From: Eubacteriales bacterium
GTDB lineage: Bacteria > Bacillota > Clostridia > Oscillospirales > CAG-382
DNA length: 64,000 nt
Reading direction: 5' to 3'
NCBI GenBank assembly: GCA_045533895.1
Contig: JAZSIT010000045.1
Location: forward strand, 2,499-66,498
Position numbers and translations under genes: made by a program. The notes beneath the pieces were generated by a model, which made no database searches, had not been told where the DNA came from, and saw only the letters and a list, made by a program, of their open reading frames with translations. Positions 1 to 8,729 of this stretch are shown one piece after another. The first letter of the stretch is position 1. Every line of letters begins with the position of its first letter.

Positions 1-416
1 ATATTTGTGGTAAACATACGCTTGAGTACCTCATCCACAAAGCCCTCCTTATAAGGCGGGTCGAGAAAAACAAGAGAAAACGTGTTCTTTCCGTCTGCCA
101 TACGCAGATAATCCTTCCAATCCGCAGTGACTATGCGGCAATCGGGAAGCAGCTTTGTCTTTGCAGCGTTGTTACGGATAACCTCGGTTGCGGCGCGGGA
201 GGAATCTACGATAACCGCATTTTCCGCCCCTCTGGATAATGCTTCAAGCGCCATTTGTCCGCTTCCGCCGAAAAGGTCAAGGACCTTTCTGTCCCCTATA
301 TCAAACTGTATTGCGGAAAAAATAGCCTCTTTTACCTTTTCCGACGTGGGGCGTGTAGCTTCGCCGGGGAGAGTGGTAAGGCGGGTGCCTCTGGCTTTTC
401 CGGTAATAATTCTCAT
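1..416 (-). CDS. rsmD: 16S rRNA (guanine966-N2)-methyltransferase RsmD; C-terminus cut by the window edge
   Basis: Own translation of the minus strand from the ATG at 416-414 gives MRIITGKARGTRLTTLPGEATRPTSEKVKEAIFSAIQFDIG...LDLFGGSGQMALEALSRGA...FLDPPYKEG (DPPY motif). It is absent from the ORF track because there is no stop inside the window. ATGA overlap with the uvrC stop. Confidence 0.8.
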   Translation of the reverse strand, partial: MRIITGKARGTRLTTLPGEATRPTSEKVKEAIFSAIQFDIGDRKVLDLFGGSGQMALEALSRGAENAVIVDSSRAATEVIRNNAAKTKLLPDCRIVTADWKDYLRMADGKNTFSLVFLDPPYKEGFVDEVLKRMFTTN

Positions 417-2218
417 TTTTTATCTCCTTCAAAATAGCTGATAATATTATCTGCCGTCTTTTCGCTTATGCCCTTTACCTGCATAAGACTTGCCTTGTCT
501 GCTTGCTTTACCGCCTTAAATGAGCCGAAGTGGCCAAGTATTGCTGCGGCGGTCTTTTCCCCCACCCCTTTTATGGCGGTAAGAGAGCTGGTACTGACAG
601 ACTTCCTGCGTTTTTTATCCATTCTGTCAAGAGAAAAGCGGTGAACCTCCTCTTGTATGCGGTATATGAACACGAACAGATCCTGCCGTGTGGTAAGACC
701 TATTTCGTTTTCTCCGTCGGTGAGGGAGCGGGTCTTGTGATGCTCGTCCTTTATCATGCCGAAAACGGGAATGTTTGAAAGTCCTTTTTCGGCAAGAACT
801 TTTTTTGCCACGTTTACGTGCTGTACACCGCCATCCATTAAAAGAAGGTCGGGTAACTCCCACTCGGTATGGGAAAAACGTCGGGAAAGAGCTTCCTCTG
901 TTGCGCCGTAATCGTTTTGAGAGGCGGTACGGATATTAAAGGTGCGGTACTGTTTTTTGGAGAATCTTCCGCCTACAAGCACCGTCATACCTGCAGTGGT
1001 ATATTCCTCACCCGAGTTGGAGATATCAAAGGCTTCTATACGCTCCGGCAGTACCTCAAGTCCCAAAAAGGAAGCAAGGTTTGTAAGGACCGCATTATCC
1101 TTTTCCTCCGACTTTCGCTTGTGCAAAAGAAGTTCCTTGGCGTTGGTAGCCGCCATATCCGCAAGTATTTTTTTGTCCCCTCTGCGGGTGATATGCATAG
1201 CGGTTTTAAGACCCGAAAACTCCTTTGCCCACGCTTCAAAAAGGGAAATATCGTCTGAATCCATTTCAAAAGCAGTGTAAATATCTGCAGGAATATATCC
1301 GCGCAGGGTATACAGACGCTGAAGCAGGGACACCAGCGTGCCCGAATCCAAAATCTCGTCCGCACCGAAGAACAGACACTCTCTGTCCGCAATTGCGCCA
1401 CGGCGCACAAAGAAAAGGTTTACGGCAGAGCCGAGGTCATCGCGGTAAACGCCGATAAAATCGCCCTCAAAATCCGGAGCGCCGACGATATGCTGTTTAT
1501 CCCCCAGCTTTTTTACCGCGTTTATCTGGTCACGGTATTTTGCCGCGCGCTCGTAATACATATCCTCTGCGGCGGCAGACATTTTATCCGTAAGCTCTTT
1601 TATTAAAAACGAATATTCCCCGCCGAGAAAACGGGCGGCGTTGGAAAACACCTCTTTATACTCCTCCGCCGTAACGTTGCCCGAGCAAGGTGCAACGCAA
1701 AGACCTATCTGGGCGTTAAGGCAGGGTCTGCCCTTGCCGATATCCTTGGGAAAAACACGGTTGCAGGTGGGAATTCCGAAGGTACGGCGTGCGGTATCAC
1801 CTATATTTCGGGCGACAACATACGAAGAAAAAGGCCCGAAATAACGGGCTTTATCGTCCTCCCGCTTATATACGGTAACAAGACGGGGATAAGCCTCGTC
1901 GGTTATTTTAAGATAAGGATAGCCCGATGAATCCTTGAGTTTTATATTATATCTCGGCATATACTGCTTGATAAAAGAATTCTCAAGCAAAAGAGCTTCC
2001 AGTTCTGTGGCGGTATGGTACACCTCAAAATCGTGGACGGAAGCAACCATACGTGCGGTTTTGCCCGTGTGGCCCAACGCAAAATATGAGCTGACACGGT
2101 TGCACAGCGCTTTGGATTTACCCACGTATATTACTTTTCCCGCCGCAGAGCGCATAATATACACGCCCGGGGTGGCGGGAAGCAGGCGCGCTTTTTCAAG
2201 AAGCTGTTCTTTTGTCAT
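413..2218 (-). CDS. uvrC: Excinuclease ABC subunit C (UvrC)
   Basis: ORF 413..2380. The GIY-YIG N-terminus MTKEQLLEKARLLPATPGVYIMRSAAGKVIYVGKSKALCNRVSSYF begins at internal Met55, so the start is set at 2218. C-terminal HhH region. The 54-aa upstream extension is low-complexity and overlaps a terminator. Confidence 0.93.
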   Translation of the reverse strand: MTKEQLLEKARLLPATPGVYIMRSAAGKVIYVGKSKALCNRVSSYFALGHTGKTARMVASVHDFEVYHTATELEALLLENSFIKQYMPRYNIKLKDSSGYPYLKITDEAYPRLVTVYKREDDKARYFGPFSSYVVARNIGDTARRTFGIPTCNRVFPKDIGKGRPCLNAQIGLCVAPCSGNVTAEEYKEVFSNAARFLGGEYSFLIKELTDKMSAAAEDMYYERAAKYRDQINAVKKLGDKQHIVGAPDFEGDFIGVYRDDLGSAVNLFFVRRGAIADRECLFFGADEILDSGTLVSLLQRLYTLRGYIPADIYTAFEMDSDDISLFEAWAKEFSGLKTAMHITRRGDKKILADMAATNAKELLLHKRKSEEKDNAVLTNLASFLGLEVLPERIEAFDISNSGEEYTTAGMTVLVGGRFSKKQYRTFNIRTASQNDYGATEEALSRRFSHTEWELPDLLLMDGGVQHVNVAKKVLAEKGLSNIPVFGMIKDEHHKTRSLTDGENEIGLTTRQDLFVFIYRIQEEVHRFSLDRMDKKRRKSVSTSSLTAIKGVGEKTAAAILGHFGSFKAVKQADKASLMQVKGISEKTADNIISYFEGDKK

Positions 2219-2231
2219 ATAAAACACACCG

Positions 2232-2310
2232 TAAAAAAGAAAACAGGGAGGGGAAAAGAGCGCCCCGAAAAATGCTGTTGCATCATCGGGGGACCCAAAA
2301 GCCCCTCCCC
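2232..2310 (-). terminator. Composite intrinsic terminator downstream of the HPr-like gene, containing one repeat-family unit
   Basis: GGGAGGGG (2246-2253) pairs with CCCCTCCC (2302-2309). On the minus strand this is followed by TGTTTTCTTTTTT. The inner segment 2263-2296 resembles the 47.3-kb repeat unit. Confidence 0.55.
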
Positions 2311-2346
2311 TTAAATACTGAGATGACGTTATAATATTCTCGCCCT

Positions 2347-2610
2347 TTAGTCTGCAAAGCCGCTGAGGATAAGAGCGCACAGACCCTCGATAGCCTCTGT
2401 CTCGTCTACACCGTCTGCGATAAGGGTAACAGAATCTCCCTGACGGACGCCGAGGGACAAAACGCCAAGCAGACTCTTTGCGTTAGCGCGGCGGGAATTG
2501 TTCTCTATCCAAACGGAGCATCTGTATGAATTTGCTTTCTGTATAAAGAAAGTAGCAGGGCGGGCGTGAAGTCCCACGCTGTTTACCAATGTGATCTCCT
2601 TTGAAAGCAT
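2347..2610 (-). CDS. ptsH: HPr-family phosphocarrier protein
   Basis: MLSKEITLVNSVGLHARPATFFIQKA (His15 motif) and ANAKSLLGVLSLGV (Ser46 motif). Start at Met25 of the ORF, preceded by GGAGG. Confidence 0.85.
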   Translation of the reverse strand: MLSKEITLVNSVGLHARPATFFIQKANSYRCSVWIENNSRRANAKSLLGVLSLGVRQGDSVTLIADGVDETEAIEGLCALILSGFAD

Positions 2611-2653
2611 ATCTATTTCCTCCGTAAAATATCTAAATAAAAATAATATATAT

Positions 2654-2682
2654 ATTATAATTGCAAAAACGCTTATTGTCAA
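2654..2682 (-). promoter_or_regulatory. Sigma-70-type promoter of the HPr-like gene
   Basis: The minus strand reads TTGACA (2682-2677), a 17-nt spacer, then TATAAT (2659-2654). Exact consensus. Confidence 0.7.
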
Positions 2683-2685
2683 GCA

Positions 2686-3228
2686 TTATTTTGATACTTC
2701 CTCGTATACAGACTGTTCCGGCGCGGAAATATCTTCATTTTTTGCCTCCGTAACCGACAGCACCGTTATCTTGCAGGCGATAAGCTTGCCCTCTGCGGAG
2801 AGAACATCTCCGGCGGAGATGATAGTACCGTCATCAAGGCAGAACACGCCGTCCCGCAAATAGCCGGTGGCGGTTATGGTGCCGGAAATGACACTGCGCT
2901 CCAGTTCGATATCCTCCTCGTAACTGCCGTCGTCCATTTGTACCATAACGGGAGCCAGCACCTTGGAAAGTCCCCTTACCTGACCGAGATAAATATCGGT
3001 ATCCGAAAGGTAAAGCTTATCTCCCTCTGCGAAATATCCGTAATACAATGTGGAAACAGGCTCAGTCTCAAAGGTTATCTCCATTGTTACGGTTTCCTCG
3101 CCGGAAATGAGGCGGATAATATCCGTACGGAAAAATGCGCCCAAAATTATTGCCGCAAGAAGGATTATTATAACCAGATCCAGCAAATTGAATTTTTTTA
3201 TATCGTTTTTAATGTTATTATTTTTCAT
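2686..3228 (-). CDS. DUF4330-like single-pass membrane protein (paralog 2)
   Basis: 180 aa. N-terminal KKFNLLDLVIIILLAAIILGAFF anchor followed by a beta-rich domain. Same architecture as the upstream neighbour. ATGA overlap with it. Confidence 0.6.
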   Translation of the reverse strand: MKNNNIKNDIKKFNLLDLVIIILLAAIILGAFFRTDIIRLISGEETVTMEITFETEPVSTLYYGYFAEGDKLYLSDTDIYLGQVRGLSKVLAPVMVQMDDGSYEEDIELERSVISGTITATGYLRDGVFCLDDGTIISAGDVLSAEGKLIACKITVLSVTEAKNEDISAPEQSVYEEVSK

Positions 3229-3734
3229 TTGCTTTCACCTCCGCTGATTGAGGTAAAATATCCGTCTGCCGCAAAGCCGTTAATATAAAAGCGCACGCCG
3301 CCGTTTACCTTAATGTCTACGCCGTGGACGGAATAACCGCGGTCATCATACTCTGCCTCCACGGAAAGGGTTATAACCATACGACTGTGGTCGGGCACGT
3401 CAACAGTGACCAGAGGCCAGCGGTTGCCGCTGTCAACACGGGTATCCGCAAATATCTCAGTTGCCTGAACGGTATACATTTTGGTTACTGTGCCGATAAG
3501 CTCGCCGGATTCGGTATAAAGCTTATCCCCCTCGTTGATTACGGGGATTATCTCATCTGCAACGCGGTCTGCTGTAACAGTTACGGTTATAACCTCGTCT
3601 ACCTTGGTGCTTCCGGTAAAATTCTTTACTGCCAAGAAGACAAAGAGAGCGGCAAAAACAATTATAATAACCATATCCAGTGAATTGAAAAGTTTTTTAT
3701 TCAATTTCATTTGTCTGTCCTGCCTCTCTTTCAT
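3225..3734 (-). CDS. DUF4330-like single-pass membrane protein (paralog 1)
   Basis: 169 aa with NSLDMVIIIVFAALFVFLAV anchor. An alternative start at 3710 (MKLNKK) is equally plausible. Overlaps the end of the upstream membrane-protein gene. Confidence 0.6.
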   Translation of the reverse strand: MKERQDRQMKLNKKLFNSLDMVIIIVFAALFVFLAVKNFTGSTKVDEVITVTVTADRVADEIIPVINEGDKLYTESGELIGTVTKMYTVQATEIFADTRVDSGNRWPLVTVDVPDHSRMVITLSVEAEYDDRGYSVHGVDIKVNGGVRFYINGFAADGYFTSISGGESK

Positions 3735-5466
3735 AAATTCGCGGTAAGCCGCTTAAAGCTCCGCACATAACCGAAAATAATAATATAACCGACGGGGAAC
3801 GCCATATTCCGCCAAACACTCCGCATATAGCCAAAAGGCACACAAAGGAGACGGCGGCGGAAGCGGAAAATTTGGAAACGCCCTGCATCTTCCCCGAAAC
3901 AGAGGAAAGTCCCCTGCGCAATAAAAACACGGCGGCGATAACAAACAGCGTTACTGCAAACCAGCCGCCCGCTATTACCAAAGCCGAATAAACATCTGTA
4001 TCCGAAGCGCCTGAATAGCCTGCACTGCGAAAGGCGAAATTAAAAGCTTCTTTTCCCAAGCCCACACCGTAAAGTCCATGCTTGTTCATGGTATCGACTG
4101 CGGCGGAGGAGCCGAAAGACGGGATATACATATCTCCCTTTATTATTCCCGTAGCAAACAAAACCATTACCGCGCCTGCCGAAAGCAAAGCGCCGAAAAT
4201 AATTCCGATACGTTTGCGGAAGCACACCAGCAAAAACAGTGCCGTTACACCGATAACGGAAAGATACATCCACTCGGAAAAGGCGAGTGCGACTGCCGCG
4301 AAGACAGCGATACAGCAAGCAGTTCCCGAAGAAAACACACCTCTGCTGAAGGCGGTGCACAGCGCTGCGGGAAGCAGTATGGGGAGCATAAAGGAATACG
4401 CGCTTTTACTGCTAATATATGCGCCGAGGGCGCCTAACTCTCCCCCAAACAATGCGGAAAAAATACAACACATCGCCAGAATGAGTGTTCCGCTGTTGAG
4501 TGCGCTCATAAGACGGTAAAGCTGTTTGCCGCTTCGCATAAGGTTGGCGCAAAGGAGATACAATGCGGCAACGGTGAGAACCACGGGGAATGTTTCCTTA
4601 TAAGCAAAGGGAGTGACCAAGCCTGCCACGGAAATGGATATCATAAACAAAAACACAAAGATATCCGCCGTCGTAAGATAAAAATTGCGTTTGCCGATAA
4701 GAAGCTTATAAATATAGCTTACTACTGCCACAAGTGCCACTGCGGCAGATACCCAGGGGGACGCAAATGGTAAAAGGAAAACGGATACGTACAACCCGCC
4801 CTCCGGTGAATAAATGACTATGGCAACACCTGCCAGCGCCAATAAAAACAAAATTATATTAAGGGGAGAAACGAAAAAGCCTGCGATACCCGCCACAGTG
4901 CCGAAAAGCACCGCCCAGCCGATATGCTTGCCCGCCTGCACCTCTGTATCCAGTGCAAAGGGGCTTACAGCCAACATTTCCTCTGTTATATACGAAGTTA
5001 ACCGTCCGCGGCGTATACACCCCAGCAGACTTCTGCGAACAGGCATAAGAATAAGACCGATAAAAGCGATTACCGCCGAATATATCAGATCCAATATATC
5101 GCCTGCGTCATCCGCATACAGCTTTATTAAAAACGCTGCAGCAGAATAAAGACCGACAAAAAACAAAAATACTCCGACACTTCCGACGGAGGTATCCAGC
5201 ACCCATCTGCAAAAAGCGGAAAGGCGGGAAATCACGCGGCTTTTCTCAGCAAAAGCGGCGAGAAAGGTACGCGACTTCGCGGCATAGCCGGATATTTTAC
5301 TGTATAAAGAACCGAGCATACCGCCGGAAAGCAAAGCGTCCTCTTTGAGAACACCGTTCTTTTTGCCTCTTGCGGAAATGCCCGTATCGGGAAAAAGGCG
5401 CGACCAAATACGGCTCCCGCCCAAGAGCCGTGAAAAATACGAGCCGATTTTGCCGCGTCCTTTCAT
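3697..5466 (-). CDS. Large polytopic membrane protein (O-antigen ligase/polymerase-like; function uncertain)
   Basis: 589 aa with at least 12 hydrophobic segments. The start overlaps the trmD stop (ATGA). The family assignment is only a guess from architecture. Confidence 0.6.
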   Translation of the reverse strand: MKGRGKIGSYFSRLLGGSRIWSRLFPDTGISARGKKNGVLKEDALLSGGMLGSLYSKISGYAAKSRTFLAAFAEKSRVISRLSAFCRWVLDTSVGSVGVFLFFVGLYSAAAFLIKLYADDAGDILDLIYSAVIAFIGLILMPVRRSLLGCIRRGRLTSYITEEMLAVSPFALDTEVQAGKHIGWAVLFGTVAGIAGFFVSPLNIILFLLALAGVAIVIYSPEGGLYVSVFLLPFASPWVSAAVALVAVVSYIYKLLIGKRNFYLTTADIFVFLFMISISVAGLVTPFAYKETFPVVLTVAALYLLCANLMRSGKQLYRLMSALNSGTLILAMCCIFSALFGGELGALGAYISSKSAYSFMLPILLPAALCTAFSRGVFSSGTACCIAVFAAVALAFSEWMYLSVIGVTALFLLVCFRKRIGIIFGALLSAGAVMVLFATGIIKGDMYIPSFGSSAAVDTMNKHGLYGVGLGKEAFNFAFRSAGYSGASDTDVYSALVIAGGWFAVTLFVIAAVFLLRRGLSSVSGKMQGVSKFSASAAVSFVCLLAICGVFGGIWRSPSVILLFSVMCGALSGLPRIYEREAGQTNEIE

Positions 5467-6164
5467 TCTTTCGTTTCCTCGTTTTCCTTACGGATAAGGT
5501 CCGGGCGCTTACGCTTGGTGCGGAGCAAGGATTGCTCTGCCTGCCACTTCTTTATCTCGGCATGATTGCCGTTTACAAGCACCTCGGGCACCTCAAGTCC
5601 TTCAAAAACTCTGGGGCGCGTATACTGGGGATATTCCAGCAACCCGTCCGATAAGCTTTCTTTTTCGTAACACTCGGGATCTTTAAGCACGCCTTCAAGA
5701 AGACGGGCTGTAGCATCAACCACTATCTCTGCCGCTATCTCACCGCCTGTGAGAACGTAATCTCCGATAGAGATCTCCTCGTCTATCTCAAGTTCGATAA
5801 CTCTTTCGTCTATGCCCTCGTAATGACCGCACAAAAGAATGAGGTTATCGTACTGCAAAAGCTCTTTCGCCTTTTGCTGGGTAAACAGACTTCCCTGAGG
5901 GGAAAAGTATATTGTTCTCACTGTTCCCTTAAGGTTGCTTTTTACAGCGCGGATACAGTCAACTATAGGCTGACAAGCCATAACAAGACCAAAGCCGCCG
6001 CCGTAGGGAGAGTCGTCCACACGGCGGTGCTTATCCTTGGTATACGCTCTGATATCGTTTGTATTAAGTGTGAAAATACCTTTTGCCCGTGCTCTGCCGA
6101 TAATGCTGGTGTTAAAATAATTATCCAGCATATCGGGGAACAGGGTCAATATCTCGTAATGCAA
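5463..6164 (-). CDS. trmD: tRNA (guanine37-N1)-methyltransferase TrmD
   Basis: MHYEILTLFPDMLDNYFNTSIIGRA...DDSPYGGGFGLVM...LLCGHYEGIDERV. Confidence 0.95.
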   Translation of the reverse strand: MHYEILTLFPDMLDNYFNTSIIGRARAKGIFTLNTNDIRAYTKDKHRRVDDSPYGGGFGLVMACQPIVDCIRAVKSNLKGTVRTIYFSPQGSLFTQQKAKELLQYDNLILLCGHYEGIDERVIELEIDEEISIGDYVLTGGEIAAEIVVDATARLLEGVLKDPECYEKESLSDGLLEYPQYTRPRVFEGLEVPEVLVNGNHAEIKKWQAEQSLLRTKRKRPDLIRKENEETKE

Positions 6165-6169
6165 AAATA

Positions 6170-6670
6170 TCAGCTTCCTATCCTGAGTCCTTCGTCCACA
6201 TGGACGTGTATGCCCTTTTCCAAATCGACGGACACTATATATCTGTCCACCGCGGGCATAAGATATTCTTTTTCTTCCCCTGCGATATAGTATAAAAATC
6301 CGCCTATGGTTTCGTCGATACGTTTAAGCTCGCCGATACGCTCCTCGGTGTCTGCATTGAACACGGGGAGACCTATAAGGTCGTCATTATAAATTACGTC
6401 CCCGGGAAGAGCAGGGTCGTAACGGTCGAAATAAACCGTTCTGCCGGTGAGCACCGCACAGGCGGTTCTGTCCTCATATCCTTCAAAGATAATGGAAGGA
6501 ATGTTGGGACGGTATAAAACAATTTTTAATTTTTTTTCGCCCTTGGGATCCAGATAGAGATATTCAACTCCGTCCAGAAAATCGGGGCTGTCGCACCAGC
6601 AGGAAAACTTAAGTTCGCCCTTTATTCCTCTGGGAGAATTAAGCCTGCCGGCTTCAAGAAATCTTTTCAT
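6170..6670 (-). CDS. rimM: 16S rRNA processing protein RimM
   Basis: 166 aa, GRLNSPRGIKGELKF N-terminus. Conserved position between the KH protein gene and trmD. Confidence 0.9.
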   Translation of the reverse strand: MKRFLEAGRLNSPRGIKGELKFSCWCDSPDFLDGVEYLYLDPKGEKKLKIVLYRPNIPSIIFEGYEDRTACAVLTGRTVYFDRYDPALPGDVIYNDDLIGLPVFNADTEERIGELKRIDETIGGFLYYIAGEEKEYLMPAVDRYIVSVDLEKGIHVHVDEGLRIGS

Positions 6671-6900
6671 CAGTCAACAATATCCACGATAACACGTTTG
6701 TTTTCCTTGGCTGCAGCCGCACGCATAACCACACGTATGCACTTTGCGATTCTGCCGCCGCGGCCTATTACCTTGCCCATATCGGACTTGGCAACGGAAA
6801 GCTCAAGTATAACCGTATCACCGCTGACTTTTTCGGACACTGCCACCTGCTCGGGATGCTCCACAATAGCGGAAGCGATGTCAATAAGTGTCTGCTTCAT
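6670..6900 (-). CDS. khpA: KH-domain RNA-binding protein (YlqC/KhpA family)
   Basis: 76 aa with the GKVIGRGGRIAKCIR GxxG KH motif. Conserved position after rpsP. Confidence 0.9.
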   Translation of the reverse strand: MKQTLIDIASAIVEHPEQVAVSEKVSGDTVILELSVAKSDMGKVIGRGGRIAKCIRVVMRAAAAKENKRVIVDIVD

Positions 6901-6973
6901 CAGATGACCTTCCTTTCAAAAATCGGCACTGATCCGTGGGGCGGTTTTGCCGCCCCGCGAAATATAAGATGTC

Positions 6974-7216
6974 TTACTGTACGCCGGTTTTCTTAAGAAG
7001 AGCTCTAACAGTATCGGTAGGCTGTGCGCCCTTGGAGATCCAATCCTTAGCCTTGTCGCCGTCGATCTTGATCTCTGCAGGCTCCTTCATAGGATCATAG
7101 TAACCGATCTCTTCGATAAATCTACCGTTTCTGGGGTAGCGAGAGTCTGCTACTACTACTCTGTAAAAGGGAGCCTTCTTTGCGCTCATTCTTCTGAGCC
7201 TGATTTTTATTGCCAT
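6974..7216 (-). CDS. rpsP: 30S ribosomal protein S16
   Basis: [42 protein letters not shown]. Confidence 0.97.
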   Translation of the reverse strand: MAIKIRLRRMSAKKAPFYRVVVADSRYPRNGRFIEEIGYYDPMKEPAEIKIDGDKAKDWISKGAQPTDTVRALLKKTGVQ

Positions 7217-7267
7217 GATGTTTTTCCTCCAATAAGGTTGTTTTATTTTAATTTTTTTTATTTTTTA

Positions 7268-7390
7268 ACTTAATTGTGGGCGTGAGTATTTCGGGGTCCC
7301 CGCAAAAGCGTTTTTTCGTGATATGCTTTGTCTGTAGGGGTGTTTCGTGAAACACCTACAGTGTCCAAAAAACCTTTTGTGGGGTGAATA
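7268..7390 (-). repeat. Intergenic mosaic repeat (GGGGTCCCC family), locus A, between ffh and rpsP
   Basis: Contains tcGGGGTCCCCGCAAAAGCGTTTTTTCGTGATAT...TTCGTGAAACACC...CAAAAAACCTTTTGTGGGG. Aligns nearly base-for-base with 31990-32139 except for one extra unit there. Confidence 0.8.
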
Positions 7391-8728
7391 TTAAAATCCA
7401 AAGTTGCCGAAACGCATTTTTTTACTGCCTTTTCCGGTCTGCTGCTTTGCCATCTGCTTCATAAGCTTGTTTACCTGCTCATACTGCTTAAGCAGACGGT
7501 TTACCTCCTCCACAGGTCTGCCGCAGCCTGCGGCTATACGCTTTTTGCGGGAAGAGTTTATAATATCCGGCTTTGCCCTCTCCTTGGGAGTCATGGAAAG
7601 GATTATACCTTCCATACGGGCTATCTGTCTCTCGTCGATCTGTGCATCCTTGAGCTGGGAGGGCTTTATTCCCGGCATCATGCCAAGAAGCTGCTCCATG
7701 CTGCCCATGTTTTTTATCTGTCTGAACTGGTCAAGATAATCGTCCAGTGTGAAGGAAGATTCAAGGAACTTTTTCTCAAGCTCCGCCGCTTTCTTTTCAT
7801 CAAACTGCTGCTCCGCCTTTTCGATAAGGGACAGCACGTCACCCATACCGAGTATACGGGACGCCATTCTGTCAGGATGGAAAGGTTCGATATTATCTAT
7901 CTTTTCGCCTACGCCGATAAACTTAATGGGCTTGCCGGTAACGTGTCTTACCGAAAGTGCCGCACCGCCTCTTGTATCACCATCCAGCTTGGTGAGGATG
8001 ACGCCCGTAATATCCAGCAGATTGTTAAAGCTTTCTGCTACATTGACAGCGTCCTGACCCGTCATGGCATCTACTACCAACAGAATCTCGGTAGGGTTAA
8101 CCTCTTCGCTTATACGCTTTAATTCAGCCATAAGCACTTCGTCTATATGCAAACGACCTGCCGTATCCACAAAGACCATATCGTGGCCGTACTTACGGGC
8201 ATGGACAAGCGCCTCACGTGCGGTTTTTACGGGGTCTTGGGTGCCGCGCTCAAAAACCTGAACGCCTGCCTGCTCGCCCACTATCTTCAACTGGTCGATA
8301 GCGGCGGGACGGTAAATATCGCAGGCTACGAGCAAAGGATTCTTGCCCTGCTTTTTATACATACGGGCAAGCTTTGCGCAGTGGGTGGTCTTACCGCTAC
8401 CCTGAAGACCGCACATAAGCACTACCGTGGGAGGTGCGGAGGATATGGTAAGCTTTGAGTTACTGCCGCCCATTAGAGCAACCAATTCTTCGTTAACTAT
8501 TTTTACTATTTGCTGTGCGGGAACAAGGCTTTGCATAACGTCCGCGCCCACAGCACGCTCGGACACCTTGGCAACGAAATCCTTAACTACCTTGAAGTTT
8601 ACGTCCGCTTCCAACAGCGCAAGCTTGACTTCACGCATACCTGCCTTTACGTCGGCCTCGGTAAGTCTGCCCTTGTTGCGGAACTTCTTCAAAGCACCCG
8701 TCATTTTTTCTGCAAGACTTTGAAACAT
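7391..8728 (-). CDS. ffh: Signal recognition particle protein Ffh
   Basis: Start at MFQSLAEKMTGALKKF with a GGGAG RBS. GLQGSGKTT, DTAGR and TKLDGD GTPase motifs. Met-rich M domain. Confidence 0.96.
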   Translation of the reverse strand: MFQSLAEKMTGALKKFRNKGRLTEADVKAGMREVKLALLEADVNFKVVKDFVAKVSERAVGADVMQSLVPAQQIVKIVNEELVALMGGSNSKLTISSAPPTVVLMCGLQGSGKTTHCAKLARMYKKQGKNPLLVACDIYRPAAIDQLKIVGEQAGVQVFERGTQDPVKTAREALVHARKYGHDMVFVDTAGRLHIDEVLMAELKRISEEVNPTEILLVVDAMTGQDAVNVAESFNNLLDITGVILTKLDGDTRGGAALSVRHVTGKPIKFIGVGEKIDNIEPFHPDRMASRILGMGDVLSLIEKAEQQFDEKKAAELEKKFLESSFTLDDYLDQFRQIKNMGSMEQLLGMMPGIKPSQLKDAQIDERQIARMEGIILSMTPKERAKPDIINSSRKKRIAAGCGRPVEEVNRLLKQYEQVNKLMKQMAKQQTGKGSKKMRFGNFGF

Positions 8729-8729
8729 T

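Noticed and set aside
2219-2346. An SOS (LexA) box upstream of uvrC.
   Set aside because: I looked for GAAC-N4-GTTC-type sites and found none. The spacer is occupied by the repeat/terminator hairpin.
2219-2380. N-terminal extensions suggested by the ORF track: uvrC to 2380, ylxM to 9230, namZ to 48984, NUDIX to 13981, and the 61626 gene to 62570.
   Set aside because: The conserved family N-termini begin at internal Met/Val codons preceded by SD sequences. The extensions overlap terminators, promoters or the upstream gene.
6941-6960. A GGGGCGG-tttt-GCCGCCCC hairpin between rpsP and the KH-protein gene.
   Set aside because: It is likely an ordinary intercistronic stability or processing hairpin. 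It has no U-tract and no relation to the repeat family beyond G/C runs.
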